From: Klebsormidium nitens
Lineage: Eukaryota; Plantae; Klebsormidiophyceae
Assembly: GCA_000708835.1 (NCBI GenBank)
Contig: DF237231.1
Location: 49,346 to 113,345 of the forward strand
DNA: 64,000 nt
Direction of reading: 5' to 3'
Shown here: positions 1 to 12,626 of the stretch, in pieces
How the letters are laid out: each line of letters starts with the position of its first letter
Position numbering within the stretch: position 1 is the stretch's first letter
Program-made: the position numbers and the translations under genes
Notes under the pieces: generated by a model
Told to the model about the DNA's origin: nothing
Seen by the model: only the letters and a program-made list of their open reading frames with translations
Databases searched by the model: none

Positions 1-1433
1 GCACATGTGTCAGTGTTAGTGATCTGCAGCGCAACCTTGGTGGCAGAGACGCTGGCCTCTCGCTCCAAGACACCCGATCACCGACCATGTTCCAGGGCAC
101 AGGTGAACAGCCCCTGATGATGCATATCTTGGTTACCAGCAGCGGACGGGTTTGGTTAAAACCGCAGACCTTGACCCGTGTCCCAGGGCATAGTCGAGAA
201 TCCGTAACCAGAGACCTGATTTCACTTTGCGAAGAACCGATTCTGTTTAGAATCGTCAGCCAACGGCATGGACAAAATGCAGCTTAAATTTGCGCATTAG
301 AATCAAAGCAACTCTTCTACATAGAACGCCCATGAAGCGGTCGGTAAACGTTGCCCGGGAGACAGCTCTGCATCGTTGCCTGATCCGCCGTCGAGTGTTG
401 CTTCCCGAATCGACGGTCAAAGAAGTGGTGGTGAGTGACGAAGACGAACGAAGACTCACGTGCAGAAACCAAGCCTGCCAACTTTGAAAGCTGTGACCCC
501 TCTGGCGCCAGCGAAGTGAGGCCGTACGATTTTTGACTTTGCCCCTCATCGACGCTCTCGATCGAGGTGGATTCAAATCAGAGAGCAACCATGAACCGCT
601 CGATGAATTCTGTTGATGATCGACTGTCAAATTAAGGGTGGCGGAAATCGGAACGCCCAGGATGCCATAAGCCGATGACCTTTTTGAGAGGCGTGGGACA
701 TTGGCCTGGCGGCCAATTGGCAATGCCCTCCGCGACTAGCTAAAGTACCGGTGTATAAGGTGGCTGAATATTAAGCGGCAATATCGAATAAAAGGGGATA
801 TATTCTATCCTTGTTACCTTGACGCCTAACGTTTTCCAGAATGATGGCGTCTCAAGCTGGACCGCTCGATTGCTCCACAAGGAGCGCACCGCACATGGGG
901 ACTGCTCGCGTACATTCATATACATTATATGAATCAGTCTAACTTCAATGCTAGCGCGCATATTGCGGGCGGTATGACGGTATCGCCCGTCAGTGAGATC
1001 TGACGGCCGGCGAAGTCGACCTCACAAAATACTCTCAACAAATTTCGTAGACTGTTAGTTCTAAGTTCTGACTTCGTCGACGAATCTCGGAGCTTTAAAA
1101 GGGGAGTAGACCGCAGATACAATCTCCTTAAATACGAGCATTGTGGGAAGTTGGCCACCAGGTTGGTCCCAACTGTCCATGGCCCTTCGGCCTTGGCTGC
1201 GGCATTTGGATCTCAAGCTGGAGGACTAGAGTAGAGAGCCATGCAGGTGGTGGTGGCGCCTTAGCCACCAGGCTTTGGAGCCGCTGGTGGGCATAACGCG
1301 ATAGCCACATGCGAGCCGTGCTGTGGTTGAAGATCTCCTACATAGGAATGAGTAACTCCAGGCCCAATGCCATCAGCATTGACAAGTGGCTGATCATAAG
1401 CCTTTACTGTTAGTGAAAGAAGACCAGAACCAA

Positions 1434-4400
1434 ATGGAGGGTTATGAGGTCCTGGTCCTCGCTGCCGAGGGGGACGGCGTTGGCCCATCTCTCCTCCTGT
1501 CTCCGATTCCCCCTCTGAAGGGCCCACAGTACCTGTTCAACTGTCCGGAGGGCTTTGCGCGGCTGGCTATCGAGTACAAAGTGCGCCCCTCGGGCCAGCT
1601 TGCGGCGGTCTTCCTGACGTCGCTCCTGCCGCAGGCTGCGGTACGTCTGTTGTCTGGACAGGACGACCATTTTCCTCTGACAATCTTGAGCTGCACCTTT
1701 CTTTTGGGGACGGTTTGCTGTTGCTCGCGCCCCTCTGCTTGCTTGATCTGACCGCGCATGGTGTCCCGTTGGGCACATCAAGATCATCCAATGGGCTTGC
1801 TAGACACAATTTCTTCAAACCAACTTGCTTGCTAAAGTAGTCAATCTGGAGTTTGATGAAGAGACAACCTTCAGGTTTTTGGAGCATGCTCCTTTCAGAC
1901 ACTTTCTGGTTAGCAAGCCCTTCCTCGCACCACACCACCCAGCTATCGAGGCCGGTTTGCAGGTCAATGCCATTCCGGTCTATATCTTGCATGCCCCTTT
2001 TTTGAGTTCACCCAAAAGCACTTTTCAGTGTGCTGCTGCTGCATTAGCGGCTCCCAGCTTGTCTTCTGTACACCAGAACTGTGTTGCCTTTCTGGTAATC
2101 TTGCACCCCAAGGAAGCTCAACTCCAGCAGGGCGCCCGTGTCAAGATATATATCAAACTCCCGCTGAAAGAGGGCGTCTAACCATGTGGTACCCCGGCGG
2201 CCACTTCTTGTACGAATTTGTCGCCAAGAATTTCTGTCACATGGTACCAAATTTAGCAACCTGAACTGCGGTCTATCTGGTCGCCCCAGCGTTATGGGTC
2301 ACACGACGCTCCCTTCAAGCTTTCCTCATCGTACTGCAGGCTGGCCTCCCAGGCCTCTTCCTCCGCCTCGCCGTCGACGGCCACGAAAAGCTCGAGACAT
2401 GCGGCCCCCCGGGGACTGCCGCGTACGTCCACGCGCAGCGCCACATCGTTCACTGGGTCCATCCAAGGGTGACCGTCAACCAGGCCTCTTCTGGGGGGGT
2501 GCCGAAACCCATCTTCCAAGACGGGCGCCTTTCAGTTCTGCCCATCTTTGAGGGGACGGGGGAAGTGAGCTGTCCGTGCTGTTTGGAAGGAGAGGCGTCG
2601 GGCGGGGTCGGAGAGGGGGCCGAGGCGGCACAGAAGGTAGCGGGGGAAAAGAAAGAACCTGCAAGGATGGATCTGAGCAGCTCAAGTAGTGAGAGTGACA
2701 GTGAGGAGGAGGACGGGAGGAGCGGTGAGAAAGAAGGGAACTTTGACGGCGGCGGCGTCTCACAAGTCCAGCCTCAGGGGGTATGCGAAGACCAGGCTTT
2801 GGTGGGGACACCGTTGGAAGCAGTTGGGGAGGAAACGGATGATGGCGAGTGCGCAGCTCTATTATGGACAAGGCCCTCGAGCAGCCTCGGGGGGATCCCT
2901 CTGGGGGCAGTCCTGGGCGAGCCTGTGGAGGCATCTGAGGGGGGTGCGAACGGGCAAAGGGACGTGGATCAAACATTGGGTGCCGAAGGTGGGCCGGACG
3001 CGGAAGGTGGGGAGCAAAAAGATGAGGTTTTGGAGAACAAGGGGAAGGTGTTGGAGTTGGCCGAAGGCAGCAAGCGGTGTGAGTCAGAAGCGAAACCCGA
3101 GGCTCCCGCCGGGAAGAGTCCCCTGACCGTTGACTTGAGCACGTCGTTCAGCGTAGCGAGCGAGAACGGAAGTGAGGGTGAGAGCGAAAGTGAGGCAGAA
3201 GCGAAGAGCCTGCTGAGTGCCAGAAAGAAGATCATGCTCGGACTTCCACCTAAACCGACGAGGGGAACGGGTCGGAAACCGGAGAAGAGTGCTCTGTTTG
3301 CGGAGCTGGACTCGATTTTCATGGGGGGCGCGAAAAATGGAAAGACGGTGCGCCAGCAAGCCCTGTCGACTTTGACAGCTGGGCCCCCTGAGAAAGTTGA
3401 GACCGTGCTTGGGGGTGCCGATGGAAGAAGGAAGCAGGAACTTGGAGAGGGGGCAAAACGGATACGGAGAAAGAGGCGCAAAGGAGAAGACGGCAGGAAG
3501 GGCGAGAGGATGGAAGGAAAGTTGGAAAGGGGGTCTGAAGAGAATGAGAAAGAGGGAAAGCCAGTTGGGGTGCCGCCATTCAAGCGGCGGAAGAAGGTAG
3601 TTGAGATCACAAGTAGCGGGGGGGAGGCGTTCTCAGTGGAGGAGTCGTTTGAGGTGGAGGTGACGCCGTTAAAGACTAATGCGGGGCTGACATCACATGC
3701 AGGGTGCGCTGGCGATGTCTGCGTGCAAAGTAAAGGAGGAGAAGGGGCTCGAGAAAGTGAGTGCGCTGAGCACAGAGCGGTTGTTCGGCGGGGCACGAAT
3801 CGAGAATCAGGTGAACGAACAACTAAAACGGAACGTGACGTTTTTGGATCGCGCGATGGCATGGGATCGAAGAATGAAAAGTCGCCTGGGAGAAAGGGGG
3901 ACGAAGGAGGCGAAGCAAGTGAGGAGTCTTCGGAAAGCGAGGAAGATGGAGAGTGTCTGAAACAGCTGCTCTCTCCACCTGGTTCGAAGAGGCGCGGCGC
4001 AGGGAAGGGGCGCGGTATTGGGGAGGCGAAGGAGGCCCTGTTCGCCCATCTGGACGACATTTTCAATTCGGAGGGCAGTGCTTCGAAGGCCCGGAACAGG
4101 GCCCTGGAGACGTTGGGGCGGCCGGCATTTGTGGGCGCTCTGGGCAAGGGAAACGGCGGAGCGGGATCTTTCGGTGCCCAAAGACAGAAAGTGACGGAGA
4201 AGCGAGGAAGCAAGGGCGGTGAAACTGGACTGGGGGGGTCGAAGAAGAGTGGGCGTGACGGCGAAGAGACGAATGGGGCGGGCTTGGCTGCGGGAGTCGG
4301 CTTGGAGAGTGTTCAAGGCGAGGGTGCGGGTGGTTCATTGGAAAAGCAGAGCGCTCCTGAAAATGGAATCGGAAAGATGCAGGCGACGGCGATACCAGAA

Positions 4401-7400
4401 CCGGAGGTAGAGACTCCGTCGTCAGGTCACGGTGCGGCGAGCCCGTCTGGTGGGCTCAGGCTCAGAGGAGGGGGCCCGAGAAACTTTCAGCGCGGGGGGC
4501 CGCAGCAAGGATGGGGGTCAATCAATGGCGGAAGAGAAGGGGGACTTCAAGGCGGGGGTGTTCCAGGCGGGGGTTTTGCTGGTGGGGGCTTCACAGGAGC
4601 ACCGCCTTTTATGGGTGGCCGTAATGGGGGTGGTTTTGGACAGCACCCGGGACTGTTTGGAGGGGGAGGGAGTGCGAGGGGGGGGTCCGAGGTCCCCCTC
4701 TGGAAGAAGCGCTTCCGGCAGCAGCCGGAAAGCAACAGCGAGGACAGCGACACGTGGCAGGAGGAGGCGCGCGAGTCCGGGATGCACTGGCTGCTGCAGT
4801 CGGCGAGCGTGCGGCGCACGCGGAAGCTGCGCAAGGGGCTGCCAGCTGGCGGCCCAGGAGTGATACCTGGCGGGGGTGTCGCGGCAGCTGGCGGCGCGCC
4901 CCCCCGGCCGAAGCCGCGGGTCCAGATCGACTCGCACACCCCGTCGACGAACCCCGTTTACGTGCGCACAAAGGCGGGCGTTCTGCCAATGGAGGAGGGT
5001 TTGGGGGTCCTGAAGCAGACGGTGCCAGCTGGCGGGGGATCCCTCTTGGGCTACCTCTGTTTCTTTGGCCCGCCTGTGAACGGGTCGGTTCTGATGGTCG
5101 ACTGTCGGGACGAGAACGCGTGCGCTCAGCTGAAGACGATCCGGCTCCCCGCGTGCGTGCGCGCCCAGAGGGGTGCGCATCGGCTGATGGCGGTGTTCCA
5201 CTTCACGCCTGCTGACGTGGCAGCTCGTGAGCCCTATAAGGAATGGGTGCGCAGCTTTGGGGGCCACGTGAGGCACGTGATGCTTTCGGACGGCGGTTTG
5301 GACCTGGGGTACCGGGCGACGTACGGGACACTGGCGCGGCTCAACCTGGTCGACAAGGGGATCTTTCCGCTGACGGGAAACGCCACCGGAAAGAGTTCGG
5401 CGAGCCTGGAACGTCCGTCCAATGAAGGTGACGTCCCAGAGGGTCCGCAGTCCGACATCAGAAACGAGCATCAGGGGGTGCCAGAAACATACGATGAGGG
5501 AAAGAGTGCAAAGAAAAGCGGGGCCGGGAACGATGCGAAGGGCCGGGGCTTTGAACCGGGCGGTGTGGGGCTGCTGGCGAGAGTGAATCTGCGGGGTCTG
5601 CGGCCCGGTTCGGACGCTCCGGCTGAAGTGGATGAGTCTCGGTGCTTGCCGGGGGTAAATGTGGAGGGGATTCAGGCGCAGGTGCTGAGGGACCAGCCGG
5701 CGCTGGCGTTTTGGAAGGAGGGCGGACGCATTGAAGATTTCGAGGCAGAAAAGGGGGGTGGCGCTGAGAAAGTTGGTGAGGCTGAGGGGCGAGGAGGAAA
5801 CGGGGGGACTGGGGCTAAGGCTGGAGGGGCGGGTGGGGCAGAAAGGGAGACTGGGAAAGGGGGAGCGGAAGCGGTCAGGATAGGAAGCGGGAATGTGGAG
5901 GGAGAAAGGGATGGGAAAGATGATGGAAAAGCAGATGAGCAAGGTGACGGGAAGGATGCCAAAATTGCCAGGACTCAAGAGGTGCGCGGAGCGCCAGAGG
6001 GTGCGGCAAACGAAAAGACAAATGTCGACGCGCGTAACTCTAAAGACGGGGTCACAGGAGACGAAAAGGCCGCCAAGCATGGGGAGGGGGTCGCCAACCA
6101 GGGGGGACACGTGGCAGCCTTTCGGCCGTCGGGCATCGGGCGCAACGCGACGCAGGCGGAGCTGATGTACGAGCGCCAGCTGGCAGAGCAGGCGGCGGTG
6201 CTCGCGCAGCAGTGGCACTACCTCACGCCCACCATCAACAAGGCGCACTGCGGGTTAGCCAAACCGCAGCCTAACCCTACTCCGGAGACCGTTACTGGTC
6301 CGGGTTCGGAACCTAGCCCCGAAGCTAACGGAAAGACGGTTCCGAAAACGGATCCAAATGCCGAAAACCAGACTGCCCAGAAGCAGGACGGAGGCGCTTC
6401 CGAAGGCCTCCGTTTCAGGGGGGCAGTTCCGCAGGTTCTTTTCCTGGGGACGGGGTCCGCGGAGCCCAGCAAGTACCGGGGGGGGAGCGCGATCCTGCTA
6501 ACCCTGACCCCCGGAAACGCGCTGCTTATGGACTGCGGGGAGGGCGCGGCCGGGCAGCTGTTCCGGACGGGGGGGCTCGTTCCGTCCGAAGGTCCGGAAA
6601 CGGAACGCCCGCTTGCGCGAGCGCAGCAAGTGGCGCGCTCGGTTCGTGTACTCTGGGTGTCGCATAAGCACGCAGACCACTGCTTGGGGGTGGTCGGGGT
6701 GCTGAACATGAGGGGCGGGGGGGATCCCCGGCTGCTGATCGTGGGGCCGGTGGCTGTGCAGAAGTGGCTGGAGGAGGTAAGCTTGTGACGGGTGGTGGCT
6801 GTGCAGGTGGAATGCTTGGTATACTCTTTTTGAATCGTATTTCGTGCGTCGTTCTTTATTGCATTTGCCGGTGTGCGTTGTAAGCGTTTTTATTGGAGGC
6901 GCTTTGCAGACAGACTTTTCCTTTCCGGAAGTCAGAAGTTAGACCTTCGAAAGGGATTACTGAAGAGAGCCCCTTGAAATCTGAATTTTTGAAACGTTGC
7001 GATTACCTAACCCAACGGTCTAGCATGCCACACCACTGGACAGTCTCTTGGTCGTTCTTCGAAACCTGCCGTTGGGTGTGAGAAAAGATGTTGTTTGCTT
7101 ACCGCCTTCATTCTCTCCGCGCAGGTTGGAGCGGCTATGCAGGAAAACGGCCACACCCTCCCTCCTTACATCTTCCGACACTGCCGCGAGCTCGGCTCAA
7201 TCATTGATAACGTTAACCAGCCCCGTGTCCCCAGCAACCCCCCAATCCAGCCTCTTAACCCTGGGTTAAGCCCCGCACCACCCTTTTCCGCCCCACAGCA
7301 TCGGCAGCGGCCGAGCTTTGGCCAGCCCCCTAGAGCTTCCCGGTTTGTGCCGCAGTACCACCCCGAAACTTTCTTAGCGGGTCCGCAGCAGCGACTCGTT

Positions 7401-8869
7401 CAAGGCGCGCACCAGCAGTATAGCCAGCAACTAGAGGAGCCTCGTTTCCAGCAGCAGATGTATACGCAGCCCCCTCGTTTCAGCGGCCACTTTGGAGGGA
7501 TCCCCCAACATGCGTACGTGCAGCAAGCACCGAGCATGGTTCAATCCTTTCAGCCTCGGCCGTTCGATCACCAAACCCAGTTCTTTGCGCAAAACACTCC
7601 TCAGCACTTACCCTTCCAAAGCGGCCCATTCGCCTTCAACCAACATCTGGTCAACTACCTTCCACAGCCGTTCGGAAGCCACCACCCCTCGTCAAATCTC
7701 GTAAACCTTCCCAGACTCGTAAACCCTACAAACCCTCTAAACCCCGCTAACCCCGTAAACCCTCCGAACCCTCCAAACACTATGAACCTTGTAAACCCTG
7801 TAAACCCCTCCCCCGCCAGTCAAGCGATCGCGCCCCTCAACCTCGTTCGAGCCCAGGCGGTCCCTGTGCACCACTGCGCCGATTCCTGGGGCCTCGTAAT
7901 CCACCACGCCGACGGCTGGTCGCTGGTTTATTCGGGCGACACGCGCCCGACGAGGCCTCTCATCGAGGCGGGGCGGGGCTGCACGCTGCTCATCCACGAG
8001 GCGACATTCGAGGGGAAGTTGCTGGACCACGCGAGGCGGAAACGGCACAGGTAACGCTCGGCTTTTCGAAAAAGGCAATCATTATTTCGCGCTTGTGGTT
8101 TCGTTATATAACTTTGCCTGAGTTCGTATCGCTGTTCTTTGCCTGATTTCCTTTTTTGGGTGTTGTTTCGTTCTTTGAAGCTTACCCGCTTGGGTCGAGC
8201 GGTGAACGGTTGGCCGACTCTGGATCGTAAATGGCGCATTTGCTCGTTCCCGGGATTAAGGATAGAATAAATCCAAAAGGCCAGTTAGTCCAACAATTGG
8301 CATTTTGTTGTTCGACCTACTTCTCACTGAGGAGGAATTTACGGTTTTCGTTCTTCGGTTGAGCGCTCTTCTCGCTTAGGATCAACTTGCAGCGACATCC
8401 GAATGCGAAATCTCTGAACATGTAAAGATAGTTGGGCATAACGTATTTTTTTTGTGGAGAAGGGGCACTTCTTCATCTAGTTCTACCAGCCTCTCTCACC
8501 CTGGAAAAGCACTTCACGCTTCTACAGCGCATCTGCTCATTCCTCTTTTCCCAATCTTTTTGACAAATTTGTTCTTCTGTTGGCTTTTGTATTTGATTGA
8601 ATGTTTCCGTTCTTTTCAGCACCACGGAGGAGGCCCTCGACGTGGCCGCCCAAATGGGCGCCCGCCGCACGATCCTGACGCACTTCAGCCAGCGGTACCC
8701 AAAGGCCGTCGAGTTCGAATCGAACCTGCCCGCTGCCGACAGCACCTGCATCGCGTTCGACGGGATGGCCGTTCCCTTTTCGGAGCTGGCCCGCCTCCCG
8801 TCGCTGCTGCAGCCCATTAGATTGGCGCTCGCGGATGTGGAGAAGGCGGAAGAAAGGGACGGGGCTTGA
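1434..8869 (+). CDS. ELAC2: tRNase Z long form (ELAC2/TRZ-like metallo-beta-lactamase) with very large low-complexity insertions, ~1,939 aa, 4 exons
   Basis: Exons 1434-1640, 2340-6776, 7125-8050, 8620-8869 join in frame via GT-AG. N-terminal YLFNCPEGFARL...AGLPGLFLRL (tRNase Z-L N-terminal pseudo-motif). C-terminal half has FLGTGSAEPSKYRG, LMDCGEG, SHKHADH (HxHxDH), VHHCADSWG, YSGDTRP, IHEATF, KRHSTT and LTHFSQRYPK. Confidence 0.88.
7701..7809 (+). repeat. Imperfect 9-nt tandem repeat (unit like GTAAACCCT) encoding xNP repeats within tRNase Z exon 3
   Basis: gtaaaccct acaaaccct ctaaacccc gctaacccc gtaaaccct ccgaaccct... translates as VNPTNPLNPANPVNPPNPPNTMNLVNPVNP. Confidence 0.8.
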
Positions 8870-10268
8870 GGTTCGTTGTGAGGTCCTGGTGCGGAACCCG
8901 TCGTCAGCAGAGGGGTTCCAAGTTCGGAGACAAAGCTTCTTTGATAGGTTAGGCGAGCGAGATTAGGGATTTGGCAGAAAAGAGGACCGAACCTCGTAGG
9001 GTAGGCAGTCGTCGAAAATTGGCAAAATTGATTGGTCACGTACCGGATAGACTGTGTATCAGAGTTCGTAGTGTCGTGGGTGGGCGCAGGACAGCTTACT
9101 GACGCCTTTTCGCGACGGGCTTGTGTATGCGAGTGCCCCGGTCACAGTCAGTGTACGCTAACGTGCTTCTGAGTGCCCCATGCAGATTGGATAGGTTTCG
9201 GATCAGTGAGCTGTTTGTATACGTTAGAGAATAGAAAGGTCGAGCAATCGGCGCACTTGCGAGTAGCAGGCATCGAATGCTATAGAGCGGCAAGCGCACT
9301 GAATAGTACTTTGCCGCAAAAAGCGAACCTCGACAGAGAGCCTGCTCCATGGAGCTTGGATCAGTCTTGCAATCGAGGACGATATGCTGATGAGCATGCT
9401 TACCGCGTACTAAGTACCCTTCATGCATGCATGTGCTATGCTTAACAGGACAGCAACTAAGCGTCATGTACAACTGAATAGATCAAAACGGAAGTTCGTC
9501 GTTGGAGCCTAACCCGTATACTGACCTTGCAACAGTCACGTACTGCCTGAGATAATTTCAGCAGTAAAGAAGAGCTCTCGGGTCACTGCCGGCCATGAAA
9601 ACTAGCTGTCAATGGATCGAACGTTTACAGCTCTGCCTCCCCAATCTTACGATTGATCGGTAGATTGGCCCTAGCTCACCGTACTTTTCGACGCGTTACA
9701 TATTATAGTCTAAGATACCAAGGAATCTGGAAAGTCGCCAGAATCTAAGAGCGCACATGGCCCCTTAAGGCAATATGCACGTAATTTGCCGTCGGCACGC
9801 ATCAAGTTGCACTAATTCAACCCGGAAGTATGATTAAGAGGGTCACTCGAGTATGAGCTTTTGATGGGCATCTTCTCTGCATGTGACCTGCCAAGGCGGT
9901 ACGTTTCAGCATGGTCATGCACCCAGGATTTGGTATGGGTCAAAGGCATAGAAATCAGTCTGTACACGACTAGGATTGTAATTAATACGAATACAGTTGA
10001 AGTGGATTAGATGACCCTGAGACCAACTTGCACATTGTTCAAGAGAAGCGATTATTTGAAATTTGTACATGGATTTACAACAACACTGACTGCTTTTAGT
10101 ACGTCAATCAAAACGGAAAAGAAACCCGAGTTCAGACTCTCCGCAAAGTTCAAAGTCTCCACAAGAATATAATGGGGCGATATGTGTACATGTGAGCCGG
10201 CCTCGACCTTTAGCTCTCCACATGCGATCTGCAACATATACTGGCGATGTCCTTCCAGTGAAGCAGGT

Positions 10269-12626
10269 CTAAGACTTTGGTCTACCTTTGTCTTGACTGA
10301 GCATGCTCGAAACACTCTCTTTTACTGTGGTTCCGATCTTCTGAAGATTGTTGAACGTGTGCTCCGCTAATCGTCCTGCAGACCGCTGAAACCTGCAAAA
10401 CGAACACAAATGGAGGTTATGAGCCAGCAATCTTCTGGGACACTCGTAAGCGCGCAGACACTGGAAGACCCACTATATCACCCACTATAACATTCGCCTT
10501 CATGAAACGTCTCCAATTCAACAAGGTGTCCGTCGTTGAGTATCATCGTATCGAACTCATTCATTAGAGGTGGCAAAGCGCAAGCGTTTTTCACCTGAGT
10601 CTGAAGTCCTCTGCAGGAAAGGGGGTGGTCGGTCGAGGAGTCGGGAAAGGGGACTCTTTTCGAGGGTCGCCTGCATAAGATTCGGAGAAGAGTGAGTGCA
10701 GCCAACCCACTATGCCCGATTCGGGTCCTGGCCTCTGCGAGGCACTGAGAGCCTCCTGTGACCCAATTCACTTAGTTCCACTAACAAAACTATAAACCTG
10801 GTGCACCCTGGTTCGGACGATTTTGATTCCGGACGGGGCAGATCCGGAATCCAACTCCGGACTTCTTTAACCCAATACGTCACTTTTCGAAGTCGCATTC
10901 AAAGTACCACCACGACACGAGCCGCGCGCTGACACATGCTACACACAGGCACATGCAGCCGCAGACTGGTTCAAATAGTCCGAAACTGACTCTCGGATTG
11001 GCCCGTCCGAAACCGAGGCGCACTTGTCCGAAAATGCGAGTTCCTGATGAGTAGAAAGGCGGACCGCGAAAGATCACAAATTGAGTTGCAACCGCCCAGT
11101 TTTCACATAACAACTCCAACACGGTTCAAGCATGGGCAGCGCGAACGCCAAAGACAGGTTCCGCAAAGGGCTGTGCCAAACAGGGAATAATTTTTCACAA
11201 ACGACAACTCTGCAGCGTCTATCATCAGACCTTGAAAGATAGTCGGCAGCGACTCGACTCAGTACTGTCCCCCAGCCATACAACTCCTGCGCTTAGCCAG
11301 TAGGAAACATTAAAATAGGCCCCCACAAGAATCCGACGCACATCAAGAACAATCAGAGTATTTCCTGACTCGAAGATCAGGGGCCTACCTTGCGTCGAGG
11401 CGGACGGCGTGCTTGGAGACGTTGCCTCCTGCGCATCCTTGGTCGCGATGAACTGCACGTTGAGATCCAAAACAGCCCTATAAGTACCGGGTAGTCTGAG
11501 AGCTACTCCCCGAGGGCCAATTATTATCTTGATAAGAGAATGCTTCCATGGAGACACACTCCCACCCTCTTTGCAGCGATCCAGAAACCTGGGGCAATCA
11601 GTAGGTAAGATGCACCAGCATCTCAAAAGTTGCACGTCAGGCAGGCACACCCTCCACAATATCTTCTAACGATAAAAGTGGCTTCAAAAGCAAAAGAATG
11701 TGCTGAACTGACTCCCAGCACACGACCAGCACACTCTCGTCAGTATGTGTCAATCTTCCGAAACTAGAGAGCGCTACCTTACCTCCAATCCCATGCACAA
11801 AACCGCCGGCATTTGCGCCCCGGCATCCGGTCCACTGGCGGAGGTGCCGTCCTCCCACACCGAATACCCGACGCACGCATACTTGAACTCTTGTCGCGCC
11901 TGCCGCTCCTTGCCCGCTTCTGGCCCCCTCAATTCTGCACGGAGGGAATTCCTTTTAAGTGCCTTGTCGACCACATGAGTGTCTTGTCAAGCATCTAAGA
12001 AGCCACCTCGTCGAACAATCACTCTGTTTACATAAGAGAAGAGGAAAACCTTGCTAGATCTCACCTCGCCACATGATCCATCTGCACGATGAATCACCCA
12101 AGCTGCCGGAAGCGAAGAAGTGAAGAGGGCGGATGCCCTAGAGGTCAACCGTCCAGCACATGACACCAAACCAGAACTTTACAGAATCTCAACAACACTT
12201 CTCTGTGCTCAAATGACACCAAGAGGCATCAAGACAGCGGTCCTGCGCAAACCTATAGAGTCCGTCTGCCCATTGTGAAGGCCGCCCGTCCAAAAAACCG
12301 CACCGTGCCTCACCTTGCGCCTCTTCCTTGCGAGAAAGTCCGAGGCAGAACGGCTTGCCGCCTCTGGCCGCGCGCATATTCGAATAGTACAGACACCCCT
12401 TGCAACTCTTGGCCGGGAGCGGGTGCATCCTTTTGCTTCCTGCTTGAGAACCAGTCTCGGAACCACTGGTTGTGGGAGCGTCACTCGAGGGATGGGGTGT
12501 AGAGGCGGGATCAATCGATGTTGCATGCCAGCTCGTACCCCCTCCCACCAATACTGGCTCGGTAGCGCCTGGCCGACCGGCACAGGAAGCATCGGTTCCA
12601 TTTGTTGCGGGCGCAACCTCCACCAT
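10269..12626 (-). CDS. Plant-conserved uncharacterised protein with KSCKGCLYYS / FKYACVGYS / CxGLE motifs, ~242 aa, 5 exons
   Basis: Exons 12626-12314, 11934-11783, 11452-11389, 10670-10595, 10392-10269 have compatible phases. The spliced product reads ...AKSCKGCLYYSNM...KPFCLGLSR...EFKYACVGYSVW...LCMGLEFI...EDFRLRFQRSAGRLAEHTFNNLQKIGTTVKESVSSML, matching my recollection of a land-plant family of unknown function. Confidence 0.75.

Noticed and set aside
1-1380. Short ORFs and splice-like signals on the minus strand (e.g. 256-723, 934-1158)
   Set aside because: No consistent in-frame exon chain or recognisable domain could be built. It may be the 5' part of a gene running off the window.
2969-6248. 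Long antisense ORFs (414 aa and 576 aa)
   Set aside because: These are shadows of the GC-rich giant tRNase Z exon and carry no domain motifs.
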